Below, one piece after another: positions 28,801 to 39,217 of a stretch of 64,000 bases of DNA; positions within the stretch are counted from its first letter, which is position 1, and each line of letters starts with the position of its first letter. The translations under genes were made by a program, and so were the position numbers. Origin of the DNA: a virus (Duplodnaviria > Caudoviricetes); the IMG/VR virus record IMGVR_UViG_3300028603_000002, positions 1 to 64,000 of that record; one strand, given 5' to 3'. The notes under the pieces are model-generated. The model saw only the letters and a list, made by a program, of their open reading frames with translations. It was not told where the DNA came from and ran no database searches.

Positions 28801-29553
28801 GCATTAGCTATACTTGCAGTTGGTAAAGCAGTAGAATGGACAGGTAAAGGATTAAAATTCTTATTTGAAGGAATTGGATCATTTGCAGAAAGTGTAGCTA
28901 CAGGAGTAAGTACAATTATAGGGTCTATTTCACAATTATCGAATTCAAATATTGGAAATTTATATCTTATAGGTCCTGCATTAATGGGTATTGCGGCTGG
29001 TTTGGGTGCAATAGCAGGTGTATCAGCTGCAAGTGGTATAGCTGGAATGTTGGGATTGGGAAATGATAATGAAGTGCAGAAATTAAAAGAAATGGCATCA
29101 TTAGCGGATCCATTATCAATACTAGCAAAAAGTTTACATTCAATAAGCGCAGGATTAAAAGAAGTATCTAATTCATTAGGTGCATTAAATTTAGATAAGA
29201 TATCAGATCTAAAAAATGTAATTGTCGATATCTCATCGAAGATAGAAACAAATAAAATAAATAAAGTACAGAATATTGCGGAAAGTACAGGACCCGATCC
29301 TGATGAAGTAGGACAATCAGTACAATTGCCTAAAAATAAGAATCCATTTAATGCTTCAGAAGAAACAGGATTTGGTGAACAGCCACACACAATAATGCAA
29401 ACTAATTCTTTTGGTTCAATGCAAAGATTAGAAAATATTATGGTTCAAGTATTAATGGAATTGAAAAATCTAAATAGGAAGAATAGCAATGTTGTTGTTG
29501 ATAAACATGCAACAAATAAATTAAATAAAATAATGGTAGGTATGAATAACTAA
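25861..29553 (+). CDS. Tape measure protein
   Basis: 1230 aa, helical, with Ala/Gly/Ile-rich hydrophobic segments; follows the tube and chaperone genes. Confidence 0.85.
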   Translation: MAKDSNLEKLIKVTQIISKTRKEFEGVSRDLLLGIHALKEGLIENKKQAEELISEIGSGKFKSNKQVEEFLEKIEASDEVIGKIKKKRKELYKLSEDELENIEEYHEYVKLIYDVEQKRDDINASVADMYGKISEEIQKHQKQTAHVLLNETQRENILKKMISHSKEIKDAFGHQLIDMNEIETLNEHLDAMRQNIDMSQIDISDAFGQVDGKTILNFDEMVALLKDLSDQQIDLIGKEHELRKKKLSELASLKLSIEPTMDISKVGKALGRNLSEDVTSTGQSITRDDHSGRFVSREQILTDLYDRGVELLAKRTKLSKSEAQQRDEILSLLGQEEKIMLNIAAAKKAELDGEKVILENKNRLLGVLKKIQPQLLLANATMESFASSLDSKVKMLPEVFQKLLGIDDIGSKIMDSHNKAIDEVIKKISEGGSAVDLVSTYSKNFISTIGKGPIIFAAITAAAVSLFKILQSAEKKYAAISEEVGISLSESKKLYDINKKILYDSKNHFTTIQDMVDMQAEFTRNTDMILDMNDKQNQQLVQNLNEISKYFGYSNAEAMKLQNIFTDLGADTKLAENIQRTVGLYAEASNIAPRIITQDLLDSSDELATYFAGYPEDAAKAAVNIRKMGMSIKQSANIADKMLDISGFMTDMHELIAMTAGGIDLSRAFDLGVAGDLEGMTKEIMDSIGSVAKFESMNYLQRKKLANTLGMETEEIQKSLHIREQLGHLTAKEQSLLSANVATYEEMKNMSQADLQARLDQLQSTERLGKAWSSIKTSLGAAILPLAEALVPIFTLIADTITYIASGLANIGKIFKSNNSQLEKNRNGVEDLGGGIERASTVAMGLHTSLSLVGAVLGGLVLKNLMKNLKLFSGLKKMVPDFGSPIKKMFGGIIDMAGKAADTAKNLIVGTVKTISESFNSIATNISKGIMNILVNVSTGISTSIIKILGGIGAGITSFATAAASGLAILTPFIPVLGVLALAILAVGKAVEWTGKGLKFLFEGIGSFAESVATGVSTIIGSISQLSNSNIGNLYLIGPALMGIAAGLGAIAGVSAASGIAGMLGLGNDNEVQKLKEMASLADPLSILAKSLHSISAGLKEVSNSLGALNLDKISDLKNVIVDISSKIETNKINKVQNIAESTGPDPDEVGQSVQLPKNKNPFNASEETGFGEQPHTIMQTNSFGSMQRLENIMVQVLMELKNLNRKNSNVVVDKHATNKLNKIMVGMNN

Positions 29554-30068
29554 TGACAAGAGGTGGTATAAGCATATTTCAATTTCAAGGGTACAAACCG
29601 GGTTCTGGTGCTGATGGTCCTACTATTGAATTTCCAGGATATATTGTATCATTATCTGATCAATATTCACCTTTATGGGGAGAACAACAAGACATTGGTA
29701 GATCAGATCCAAAAATGATATATCAACAATTTGCAAGAGATATATCATTGTCATTTTATGTGGTAGCTGAAAAAGCGGCGGATCATGAAGATAATGAATT
29801 ACAATTAGCAGAATTGGCAAAACTAACATATCCAATACATCAAGTAACACAAGGTTTCAATGGAATGCACGTCCTGTATAAAATTGGAAAAATACAACAA
29901 GGATATGGAATTATAACATCATTAGTATATGATTGGGATGGAGATGTTCCATGGATTCAAGATAAACCAATATACACACCAGTTGCAATAAACATTAGAA
30001 ATCTTGCTGATGTATTAGGTAATAGGCCAGATAGAGCTAAATCAAAAATATTTAATGCGACAAATTAA
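29553..30068 (+). CDS. Baseplate tube-initiator-like protein
   Basis: SLSDQYSPLW..IGRSDP..YQQFARDISLSF; follows the TMP. Confidence 0.6.
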   Translation: MTRGGISIFQFQGYKPGSGADGPTIEFPGYIVSLSDQYSPLWGEQQDIGRSDPKMIYQQFARDISLSFYVVAEKAADHEDNELQLAELAKLTYPIHQVTQGFNGMHVLYKIGKIQQGYGIITSLVYDWDGDVPWIQDKPIYTPVAINIRNLADVLGNRPDRAKSKIFNATN

Positions 30069-30070
30069 TT

Positions 30071-30379
30071 ATGCAACGATACGAAAAATATACAGATAAG
30101 ATAGTAGCTTCGCAAGGTAAGAGGAGATATAGTACTTTATATTATCCAAAATTAAAAGAGAAAACTACTGATAGATACATTATATCTAAAAAATCAGATA
30201 GGTTAGATTTGTTAGCATATACTCATTATAATGATCAGAGATTGTGGTGGATTATAGCGAAGGCAAATAGAATAGGTCATGGAACATTAAGAATACCAGC
30301 AGGTATAAGATTAAGAATACCATACCCATTAGATGTGTTTGATTTAGATGATCAGATGAAAGATACCAATCAATTATGA
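30071..30379 (+). CDS. LysM-like baseplate wedge protein (gp53-like)
   Basis: DRLDLLAYTHYNDQRLWWIIAKAN...G.RLRIP. Confidence 0.8.
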   Translation: MQRYEKYTDKIVASQGKRRYSTLYYPKLKEKTTDRYIISKKSDRLDLLAYTHYNDQRLWWIIAKANRIGHGTLRIPAGIRLRIPYPLDVFDLDDQMKDTNQL

Positions 30380-32388
30380 GTGATACATTATATAGAAGGG
30401 AATTAAATGAGGCGGTTGTAAATGTATTCAGTGCTAGAAAGGCATTATTATCAACGCCATCATATCCTGCCAAATCGGCAACGTCAAATGATCCTATCTA
30501 TGTTAGAGTAGTAGGTAAATGTAATACTTGTAATGGTGGTGGAAGTTATCAATTACCAAAAGATAATACAACATATAATGCAGAATATATTTCGCATGGA
30601 AAAATAAAACCACCTCCAAAAGTTGATTCTGTATTTATTGAGTATGGTGGTGATCATGGGTTAGTAACAGCGGTTACAGTAAAAATAACTTGTTTTACAT
30701 TGGATGATTTTAATACTATTCAAAAATATTTCTTAATGCCCGGAAATGAATTAGATATTAAATTTGGATATCATCCCAATCAATGGGGGATAGATTCAAG
30801 CGGCGAAATTAATGGGATGAGAGTAGCTACATTTAGTTTTGCTACTGACGATTCGGGAATTTGGACATGCACTACAACAGCGTTATCACCATCTAAAGGA
30901 ATTGAGATGGTTGATGCACAACATACTATATGTAATGGTTGTGATGGAACACAAGGTCACACTTCAGGTCCATTAATTTATAAAACTGGTGCAGTTTATG
31001 AAGGAACAAAAACACATCAGGTAATTGGTGTAGATCAGTTAATAGCATCAGACGCACAAAAGAATGGTGAAGTTGCAATTGATGAATTGAAGGATGGTGA
31101 AGTAATAACATCATTTAAAGATTACTCTGGTGGTAAATATGCTAATAAAGCACATATCATAGTTTATGATAGTAAACATACTTTAAGTAATTCCGGAAGA
31201 GTAGGAAGATCAATAGCATCTTTTTTCAGTTTTATGAAACCAAGATACGGATCTGATGAAGTAAATGAGAGCAATAATATTGTATATGTATCAATGGCCT
31301 ATATAGTTGATAGAATTGTAAATAATCAATTATTAAAAGCATTTGGTGCTAATGTTATTACAAAAGATAATTCGAAATTTAAAGAATTGTCTATTGGATT
31401 TCATGAAGATTATTCATTCTCACAATTACCACCAGGAGTACCGTCTGGAGATCCTAATAGTGTCCTAATTTTAGATTCGACTTTAGGAAAATATAAGAAC
31501 TCTGAAGGCGATGGAAAGGATTTCTGGGAAGATTGCAAAGATAAGGGAAGAGGAAAAGCAACTGTTGGGAATAAAATTGATATTGCAAAAATATTAATCA
31601 ATAGGGATATCATTATTGGTGCGATGGCGGCAGCTACAAATACAAGAATACCAAAATCAGAAAACCCAGATGTTAAAGATCAAGAAGAAGAAGTAATTAA
31701 TATTATGGAATTCTTCAAGAAAGTATTTGATGTAGTTAATGGATGTACTGGTGGTGGTATAGCATTACGATTAGTAGAAAACCCAGATGATAATAAACAA
31801 TTAATTGTAGTAGATCAGAATTATGGAGATACACCAAAATTAAAATGTCTAAAATTAGATCCGATTGATGGTGATAACAATACAAGAACTTGTGTAATTA
31901 GCTCAGATGTGGGTAGTAGGGAATATAAAGCATATATGTATTCAGGGGGATCGAGAAAGGGAGATCCTGCAGCAGGCCTTAGAAATTGTATTCCGCAAGT
32001 AAAAAGTAAAAGAAATTCAGAATATGGTAAAGCAATATTAGATATTAATGGTTTACTATTTTCTCCTGGAAGTTTAGGTAAGAATAATTTCTCAGCGACA
32101 GATATAGATGCATTAAAAGCAGCCGTATCAAGAGCAGTCAAAAATAATCCAAAATTTGCTGAACAAGAGCCATTAAGATATCCGGGATTATCAGTATCAG
32201 CAACATTAAGTGGCATATGGGGATTCCTACCATACAACGCAATTAGAACAACACAAATGTCAACTTCATGGCCTAAAGAATGTTATTTTATGGTTACTAA
32301 AGTAAGTCATGAAATATCACCAAATGATTGGATAACAATGTTAGATGGAATATTGGGGTATCATCCAAATATTCAAGAAGTACCTTAA
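30376..32388 (+). CDS. Baseplate hub protein (gp27-like)
   Basis: 670 aa; YFLMPGNELDIKFGY and C-terminal FMVTKVSHEISPNDWIT; position. Confidence 0.6.
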   Translation: MSDTLYRRELNEAVVNVFSARKALLSTPSYPAKSATSNDPIYVRVVGKCNTCNGGGSYQLPKDNTTYNAEYISHGKIKPPPKVDSVFIEYGGDHGLVTAVTVKITCFTLDDFNTIQKYFLMPGNELDIKFGYHPNQWGIDSSGEINGMRVATFSFATDDSGIWTCTTTALSPSKGIEMVDAQHTICNGCDGTQGHTSGPLIYKTGAVYEGTKTHQVIGVDQLIASDAQKNGEVAIDELKDGEVITSFKDYSGGKYANKAHIIVYDSKHTLSNSGRVGRSIASFFSFMKPRYGSDEVNESNNIVYVSMAYIVDRIVNNQLLKAFGANVITKDNSKFKELSIGFHEDYSFSQLPPGVPSGDPNSVLILDSTLGKYKNSEGDGKDFWEDCKDKGRGKATVGNKIDIAKILINRDIIIGAMAAATNTRIPKSENPDVKDQEEEVINIMEFFKKVFDVVNGCTGGGIALRLVENPDDNKQLIVVDQNYGDTPKLKCLKLDPIDGDNNTRTCVISSDVGSREYKAYMYSGGSRKGDPAAGLRNCIPQVKSKRNSEYGKAILDINGLLFSPGSLGKNNFSATDIDALKAAVSRAVKNNPKFAEQEPLRYPGLSVSATLSGIWGFLPYNAIRTTQMSTSWPKECYFMVTKVSHEISPNDWITMLDGILGYHPNIQEVP

Positions 32389-32948
32389 TGAGAGCGCATT
32401 ATAATATACATAAAGTCCGAACTGGCTTGTATACTAAAGGTAATGAATTTACATTACCCAGCGGAAAGATGTATGTTGGTGCATATCATGAATTGCCTAA
32501 TGGGGAATTTTGGACAAAATTTGTTCCTGAAATTGATAGTCTATTATTAACAAGAGTTGATAGAAATGCTAGTGAAGATGTACTATCATTTAATAGGGTT
32601 AGAACTCCATTAGCAAATAATTATATTAATCCAGTATCTTATTATCCGCAACCAACAATCGAAGAAATAAATAGTGGAGTAATGGAAAGATTTTTTGTTC
32701 AAAAAAGAAATAATCCATTAAATACTATTCATGAAATAGATGTAGAACAATATAATTCTATCAATACTGAAAATAAAGTTGGTATTAATGGTGTATTATG
32801 GAAGGGAATTTTATTATATTGGCGGATATCAAAGTATGGTAGGGAAGTTTCAGGAGATCTTAATAGAAAAGAAATTATAAAAGCATCAAGAATCTTCCCA
32901 GGAATTGCTACTTATTTAAGAGATGTTTTAGAGTTATACAAGCATTAA
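32388..32948 (+). CDS. Hypothetical (baseplate-associated) protein
   Basis: ATG 32388 overlaps the upstream TAA; LYTKGNEF..YVGAYH, YYPQPT..G.MERFFVQK. Confidence 0.55.
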   Translation: MRAHYNIHKVRTGLYTKGNEFTLPSGKMYVGAYHELPNGEFWTKFVPEIDSLLLTRVDRNASEDVLSFNRVRTPLANNYINPVSYYPQPTIEEINSGVMERFFVQKRNNPLNTIHEIDVEQYNSINTENKVGINGVLWKGILLYWRISKYGREVSGDLNRKEIIKASRIFPGIATYLRDVLELYKH

Positions 32949-32953
32949 GTTTT

Positions 32954-34246
32954 ATGGTAAATTTATTAAGATTAGATAATGAATCTGATCTAAGTTCCAT
33001 TAAGGATGAAGTATGTTTTAGCGTAGTCGTCCAGGCAGATCAGAAACTACACGCTTATAATCAATGTATCGATGATAACGACAATCCAATAAGCTTAGTT
33101 TACTTCTATTTTCCACGCATAGGACAAGAGTTTTTAGTAGGAGTAGATATTGTGGATATGGATAGCTTTACAATTGATTACATTAAAGATATACTATCCC
33201 AAAACAAATCTATTTGTTATAATTCAAAGGTACTTTTTGATAAAAGTATAATTGATTATGAAGTGTTGTATTGGGTTCATAATTTTGAACGATTAGAATT
33301 TTATGAATTTGAATCAAAAATTAATTGGTATTATTACACACACAAAGATTTGAATAGATTGAATATTCATATACCTTTAATGGTGTTATTGGAGTATTGT
33401 AGAAATATAAGAAGGCATTATAATGGTTATATGAATTTAAAAGTTACTAAAACTGTAAAATTCTATAATTACGCATTTCATGAATTTAATAGGATTGAAA
33501 AGAATGGTATTAACTTATGTATGGCAAATGAAAATAGAATTGTATATTCACAATATAATTTCTTTACTTCAACTGGAAGGCCAAGTAATGCTTTTAATAA
33601 TGTTAACTTTGCAGCTATAAATAAGAAAACAGGCGTTAGAAAATATTTTACTAGCAGATATGAAAATGGCAGATTAGTTGAATTTGATTATAAAAGTTTT
33701 CATTTACATTTACTTGCTGATGTAATAGGATATAAATTTCCTGAAAAAGATGTACATACATATTTAGGAAAATTATATTTTAATGTTGAGGAATTAACAG
33801 ATGATCAATATGAACAATCAAAAAATATAACTTTTAAGAATTTATATGGTGAGGTTGCAGATGAATACAAAGATTTGGAATTCTTTCAAAAGATAAATAA
33901 GTTTTCAGAAGATCTATATGATTCTTATTTAAAAAATGGATATGTAGAATCTAGATATTCGAAGTTGAAAATAAAGAATATACACGAACCTAATAAATTG
34001 AAATTATTAAGTTATTATACTCAAAACCTTGAAACTGAATTCAATATACAAAATCTAAAGAAGATAAATGATTTTATTGAAGGTAGAAATATACAATTGA
34101 TACTGTATACTTACGATTCATTTTTATTCGATTGTATGAATTATGATGGAGTTGAGGAGGATTTACATTATATTTATAGTATATTGGAGATGAATAGATT
34201 TCCAGTTAAAGTTAAACGCGGCAGCAATTATCATAATTTAAAGTAA
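32954..34246 (+). CDS. Short, divergent family A DNA polymerase-like protein
   Basis: TSTGRPS, motif A EFDYKSFHLHLLA, motif B SKNITFKNLYG, motif C LYTYDSFLFD; only 430 aa. Confidence 0.75.
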   Translation: MVNLLRLDNESDLSSIKDEVCFSVVVQADQKLHAYNQCIDDNDNPISLVYFYFPRIGQEFLVGVDIVDMDSFTIDYIKDILSQNKSICYNSKVLFDKSIIDYEVLYWVHNFERLEFYEFESKINWYYYTHKDLNRLNIHIPLMVLLEYCRNIRRHYNGYMNLKVTKTVKFYNYAFHEFNRIEKNGINLCMANENRIVYSQYNFFTSTGRPSNAFNNVNFAAINKKTGVRKYFTSRYENGRLVEFDYKSFHLHLLADVIGYKFPEKDVHTYLGKLYFNVEELTDDQYEQSKNITFKNLYGEVADEYKDLEFFQKINKFSEDLYDSYLKNGYVESRYSKLKIKNIHEPNKLKLLSYYTQNLETEFNIQNLKKINDFIEGRNIQLILYTYDSFLFDCMNYDGVEEDLHYIYSILEMNRFPVKVKRGSNYHNLK

Positions 34247-34261
34247 AATCGAGGTTAATGA

Positions 34262-34642
34262 GTGCACGATTACAAGTTAGTATGTACTTTTGCAAATAAA
34301 AATGATTTTGGTCTAGTTGAAAAAATTATTTTAGATTACGCAATTGTTGATAGAAACATTTATATTTATACATCTACCGAAGATGATTCACGCTTATATT
34401 TTACATATTGTATACCCACTGAATGCCAGTTAAAACCAAATACAATATATATACATAGAAAGAATATAACAAATACATTTTTTACAATCAATTCACTTAA
34501 TATATTAATACAACGAATTAATAATGGGGTATTAGATAAAAATTATGAAATTGATTGGTTTAATTATAAAGACTCAATAATATTAGTGGCAAATAATATA
34601 TTGAATATTGATAAAATAGAAAAATACAAAATAATTTGCTGA
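34262..34642 (+). CDS. Hypothetical protein
   Basis: 126 aa; GTG start with GAGGT upstream; IHRK..TNTFFTINSLN. Confidence 0.6.
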   Translation: MHDYKLVCTFANKNDFGLVEKIILDYAIVDRNIYIYTSTEDDSRLYFTYCIPTECQLKPNTIYIHRKNITNTFFTINSLNILIQRINNGVLDKNYEIDWFNYKDSIILVANNILNIDKIEKYKIIC

Positions 34643-34718
34643 AAATATTTTGTTATTAGTTTAGAACTTATTAATTTTATAGGAAATTTTAATTTTGAAT
34701 TTTTAAAAATATGCAGTT

Positions 34719-35600
34719 ATGGATTTAAATCGAATCAAAAAGAAGTTAGATCAATTTAGCTCAGGCGGCGGATCATCTGATTTATTGTGGAGGCCTAAAG
34801 AAGGCAAACAAACAGTAAGGATAGTGCCTTATAAACACGACCCTGAATGGCCCTTTATTGAATTACAATTTTATTATAAATTAGTTAAAGGTAAAACTAT
34901 TGTATCTCCTATGTCATTTGGTAATGCAGATCCTGTAGTTGAATTTGCTGAAAAGTTAAAAACTACTGGTAAAAAGGAAGATTGGATTGCAGGGCAGAAT
35001 TTATTACCAAAAATAAGAATTTACGCACCCGTAATTGTAAGAGGGGAAGAAGATGAAGGTGTTAAATTTTGGGGATTTGGTCCGCAGGTTTATACAGATA
35101 TAATGAAAACTATTGATGATCCTGATTATGGGGATATAACTGATCTTAAAAATGGTAGGGATATTACTATTGAATACGAGAAAAAACCTGGTGAGAAATG
35201 GCCAACAACTACATTAAGAGTTAAACCAAATATATCTAGAGCAGTAGAAACAGCAGAGCATTTAGAGTATATTAAAAATGTTCCTAATCTAAAAGAATCT
35301 TGGAAAGAACCATCATATGAAGAATTGAAAGAATATCTAAGACAATATCTAGAAACTGATAATAGTTCTGATAATGATGAGGACGAAGAAGAAACAACTA
35401 CTCCTAAAAAATCAACAAAAAGTAAAAAGACTGATGATGATGAATTTTTAGCAGAATTGATGAAAGGCAATGCTAAGGGTGAAGAGGCTCCGGAAGAAGA
35501 AGTGAAAGCCGCCGAGGAAAAACAAGCCAAGGAAAAGGCTGCTAAGAAGCCAGATGCAAAAGCAATTGAGCAAGCATTCGAGTCATTTTTTAACGATTAA
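34719..35600 (+). CDS. Single-stranded DNA-binding protein (T4 gp32-like)
   Basis: WRPKEGKQTVRIVP, VKFWGFG, YGDITD..GRD, acidic C-terminal tail ending FFND. Confidence 0.85.
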   Translation: MDLNRIKKKLDQFSSGGGSSDLLWRPKEGKQTVRIVPYKHDPEWPFIELQFYYKLVKGKTIVSPMSFGNADPVVEFAEKLKTTGKKEDWIAGQNLLPKIRIYAPVIVRGEEDEGVKFWGFGPQVYTDIMKTIDDPDYGDITDLKNGRDITIEYEKKPGEKWPTTTLRVKPNISRAVETAEHLEYIKNVPNLKESWKEPSYEELKEYLRQYLETDNSSDNDEDEEETTTPKKSTKSKKTDDDEFLAELMKGNAKGEEAPEEEVKAAEEKQAKEKAAKKPDAKAIEQAFESFFND

Positions 35601-35617
35601 TTAAGTAGGAGGCCTTA

Positions 35618-36802
35618 ATGGCGAAAAAGAAGAAAGCAGAGACTGTATCCGAGCTTGAAGATACATTGGCTAATGATATCATTAATGCTATCAATAGTAA
35701 TTTTTCCAAAAGTAAATATAAAACTGCATATCATTTAACTGATCCTGAAGCAATAAGCGATATTAGTGGATGGATTAGTACTGGATGTTCAATGTTAGAT
35801 TTAGCTATTAGCAACAGACCACATGGTGGACTTCCAATTGGAAGGATTACTGAAATAACTGGGATGGAGGCGTCAGGAAAATCTTTATTAGCTGCACATG
35901 CACTAGCAGATACACAAAGACAAGGAGGATTGGCAGTGTATATTGATACTGAAGCAGCGGTATCTCGGGAATTTTTAGAAGCTATTGGAATTGATGTTGA
36001 TACAATGTTATATATCCCATTGGAAACATTGGAAGATATATTTGAAACGATTGAATTAATAATTACTAAGGTTCGAGCATCTAATAAGGATAAAATTGTT
36101 ACTATTGTCACTGATAGTGTTATGGGTGCTACTACTAGAACTGAATTGGCTGGGGAATATGAAAAACAGGGTTGGAATACAGATAAATCAATTATCTTAA
36201 GTATGGCAATGCGAAAGATTACTAATATGATTGCAGCCCAGAAGATATGTTTAATTTTTACCAACCAATTAAGAACTAATTTAGGAGTTACTTTTGGTGA
36301 AAAATTTAGTACAAGCGGTGGTAAAGCACTCGCATTTCATTCGTCTGTAAGATTACGGTTAGCTGGCCAAGGACAAATAAAAATAGATGATTCAGTTGTT
36401 GGTATAAAAACTAAAGCTATTGTTAAGAAAAATAGATTAGGTCCACCATTAAGAACTGTAATATATGATATCTATTTTAGTTCTGGTATCGACAATTATG
36501 GTGCCTGGTTAACATTTCTCAAAGATTTGGGTGAAGTAAAGACAGGTGGTGCATGGTACACATTAACTTTAGATAAAGAAATGGATATAATTAAGAATCC
36601 AGAAACTGCTGAAGTAGTGTCTTTATCTGAAATTAAATTTTTAGCTAAAAACTTCCCTAGTTTATTAGAAATGAATCCTAATTTAAAAGAATACATATAT
36701 GATAAAATTTGTGAAAAGTATATCATGAAGTATAAAATTAACAAGGATTTTTCTATTGATGATGTTACTATTACAGATGATTTTGAAGGTGAAGAAAGCT
36801 AA
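35618..36802 (+). CDS. recA: RecA/UvsX recombinase
   Basis: ISTGCSMLD, GLPIGRITEITGMEASGKS, YIDTE, FTNQLR, SGGKALAFHSSVRL, KNRLGPP. Confidence 0.95.
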   Translation: MAKKKKAETVSELEDTLANDIINAINSNFSKSKYKTAYHLTDPEAISDISGWISTGCSMLDLAISNRPHGGLPIGRITEITGMEASGKSLLAAHALADTQRQGGLAVYIDTEAAVSREFLEAIGIDVDTMLYIPLETLEDIFETIELIITKVRASNKDKIVTIVTDSVMGATTRTELAGEYEKQGWNTDKSIILSMAMRKITNMIAAQKICLIFTNQLRTNLGVTFGEKFSTSGGKALAFHSSVRLRLAGQGQIKIDDSVVGIKTKAIVKKNRLGPPLRTVIYDIYFSSGIDNYGAWLTFLKDLGEVKTGGAWYTLTLDKEMDIIKNPETAEVVSLSEIKFLAKNFPSLLEMNPNLKEYIYDKICEKYIMKYKINKDFSIDDVTITDDFEGEES

Positions 36803-36804
36803 TC

Positions 36805-37839
36805 GTGAATCAACAATATTTAGATTTATTTAATAGTCTTGATAATGGACAACGCAATAGAAATGATTGTGTAGTTATTGTAGATGGTCTTAATACCTTT
36901 ATACGAGTATTTTCAGTAGTCCCAAGTCTAAATGATGATGGAGAACATATTGGAGGAATAACTGGTTTCTTAAAATCAATAGGTTATTTAATACGTCAAT
37001 TTAATGCTACAAGATGTATTATTGTATTTGATGGAGAAGGTGGCTCTTTAAGAAGAAGGAGGATTTATTCTGAATACAAAAATAACAGAAAACCATCGAA
37101 TTATAATAGGTTGGATGATTTTGGTTCTGATGAAGATCTTGAACAATCTATGAGGAGACAGATTAGAAGAATAGGTGATTATTTATCTATAATGCCAGTA
37201 GATGTAATTCAGATTGATAAGGTAGAAGCGGATGATGTAATAGCAACTTTAGCAGTAGATTATTTCCAAAATAAAAGCAATGAAATAATAATTAATTCTA
37301 CCGATAAAGATTTCATACAATTAATTAATTCTAAGATTAAAGTATGGAGTCCTACAAAGAAGCTATTATACGATGAAGATAACCTGAAAAAGGTTTTTAA
37401 AGTTAGCAAGGGAAATTATTTATTGTATAGAGTATTAACTGGTGATAAATCAGATAATATTGATGGGGTAAAAGGATTGGGTTTAAAAACTCTAATCAAA
37501 AGATTTCCAGGAATTGTTACCGAACCATATACAATAGACAGACTATTAAATGAATGTAAACAATATATAGATAATGGTGAAAAATATAAAATTTATACAC
37601 AAATTTTAGAAGCAGAAAAGATAATTCGAAGGAATTATGAATTAATGCAGTTAAATACTAGCATTATTAATGGGAGTATTCTTTTAAAGATTTATGAAAA
37701 GTTAGATAATTCAACACCAGAATTAGATACAGTTCAATTTAAAAGAATGTTTTTACAGGATAAATTATATAGTGATATTAGAGATATTGATACTTGGTTG
37801 AGAAATAGTTTGAATAGATTACTTATTTATGGAAAATGA
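36805..37839 (+). CDS. 5'-3' exonuclease / flap endonuclease (T4 RNase H-like)
   Basis: VDGLN, VFDG, YSEYKNNR, EADDVI, STDKDFIQL, GDKSDNIDGVKGLGLKT. Confidence 0.93.
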   Translation: MNQQYLDLFNSLDNGQRNRNDCVVIVDGLNTFIRVFSVVPSLNDDGEHIGGITGFLKSIGYLIRQFNATRCIIVFDGEGGSLRRRRIYSEYKNNRKPSNYNRLDDFGSDEDLEQSMRRQIRRIGDYLSIMPVDVIQIDKVEADDVIATLAVDYFQNKSNEIIINSTDKDFIQLINSKIKVWSPTKKLLYDEDNLKKVFKVSKGNYLLYRVLTGDKSDNIDGVKGLGLKTLIKRFPGIVTEPYTIDRLLNECKQYIDNGEKYKIYTQILEAEKIIRRNYELMQLNTSIINGSILLKIYEKLDNSTPELDTVQFKRMFLQDKLYSDIRDIDTWLRNSLNRLLIYGK

Positions 37840-39190
37840 TGGAAAATTTAACTATTTATTTCAAATTAAGGTATTATCATTACTACTAACAAATAAAAGT
37901 TTCGTAGCTGAAATATTCGACCTACTTAAAACAGAATATTTTCCTTCCGAATCAGTTCAATGGCTTACAGAAAAAATCTTAAGTTATTATAATGAATATA
38001 AAACATTGCCGACTTTTGATGTGTTGCGCAATGAGGTTAGCAAGATAGATGATCCTTTAGTTAAAGAAGAAGTAAATAAACATTTAAAATTAGCAATTGA
38101 AAAAATCGGATCTGATGATATTGATTATGTTAAAGACCAAGCCCATGAATTTTGTTTAAATCAAGAATTAAAAAATGCCATTATAAAATCAGTAAATCTA
38201 TTGAAATTAGGTAAGTATGAAGAGATACGTGATGGTATTGACAGGGCATTGAAACTTGGAGCAAATAGAGATATTGGATTAGATTATAAAGTAGCTGTAG
38301 AAGACAGATACAACGATGAAAATAGAAATACTATTGCTACTGGATGGCCTGTAATTAATGATTTGATGAAGGGTGGGTTATCTCATGGTGAATTAGGATG
38401 CGTAGTTGCCCCATCTGGAACTGGAAAATCTTGGGTGTTAACTCATTTAGCATATTCTGCATTAAAAGCTGGGCATAATGTTGTCTATTATACATTAGAA
38501 TTGAATGATAGATATGTAGCTAGGAGAGTGGATGCAATGGTTACTGGTATATCTTTAGATGAACTTGGAGATAATATTGAAAAGATAAAGAAATATACCA
38601 AAAAATTACCAGGTGAGTTGATTGTTAAATGGTTTCCAACTAAAAGTGTTTCTATATTAGGCATTAGAGCCCAATTGGAAAAAATGGCAATGATAGGTAA
38701 AAAACCCGCTCTTGTTATTATAGATTATGCTGATTTAATGAAAGTACCTAAAGGCGGAGATAAACATGAAGCATTACAAGATTTATACGAAGAGTTAAGG
38801 GGATTATCAGGAGAGATGAAAGTTCCGATCTGGACCGCATCACAGACAAATAGATCTGGTATTAATAAAGCGGAAATAGAAGCAGATTCAATATCAGAAA
38901 GTTATGGTAAAGTTTTTACTGCAGATTTTGTATTATCATTATCCAGGACTTCGAGGGATGTGTTAACAAAATCAGCCAGATTTTATATTATGAAAAGTAG
39001 GTTAGGTGCAGATAAGATGTTATTGAATTCTAAAATGGATACTGATAATGGATTCATTGAAATATATGCTCCCAATACAGCAGAATCAAATGAAGTAGAA
39101 AAGAAAATAGGTAATGAAGAATCACATGAAAAAGAATATTTAAGAAATAGATTAGCAGATTTAATGGGTAATGTAGGAAAAAATAACTGA
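37829..39190 (+). CDS. Replicative DnaB-like helicase (T4 gp41-like)
   Basis: APSGTGKS, YTLEL, IIDYADL, WTASQTNR, ISESYGK, KSRLG. Confidence 0.92.
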   Translation: MENDGKFNYLFQIKVLSLLLTNKSFVAEIFDLLKTEYFPSESVQWLTEKILSYYNEYKTLPTFDVLRNEVSKIDDPLVKEEVNKHLKLAIEKIGSDDIDYVKDQAHEFCLNQELKNAIIKSVNLLKLGKYEEIRDGIDRALKLGANRDIGLDYKVAVEDRYNDENRNTIATGWPVINDLMKGGLSHGELGCVVAPSGTGKSWVLTHLAYSALKAGHNVVYYTLELNDRYVARRVDAMVTGISLDELGDNIEKIKKYTKKLPGELIVKWFPTKSVSILGIRAQLEKMAMIGKKPALVIIDYADLMKVPKGGDKHEALQDLYEELRGLSGEMKVPIWTASQTNRSGINKAEIEADSISESYGKVFTADFVLSLSRTSRDVLTKSARFYIMKSRLGADKMLLNSKMDTDNGFIEIYAPNTAESNEVEKKIGNEESHEKEYLRNRLADLMGNVGKNN

Positions 39191-39217
39191 ATTTAAATAA
39201 TTATAAATAGAGGTATT

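Noticed and set aside
28146-29390. 414-aa minus-strand ORF
   Set aside because: It is an antisense shadow of the Ala/Gly/Ile-rich tape-measure segment, with no recognisable motifs. All credible genes are on the + strand.
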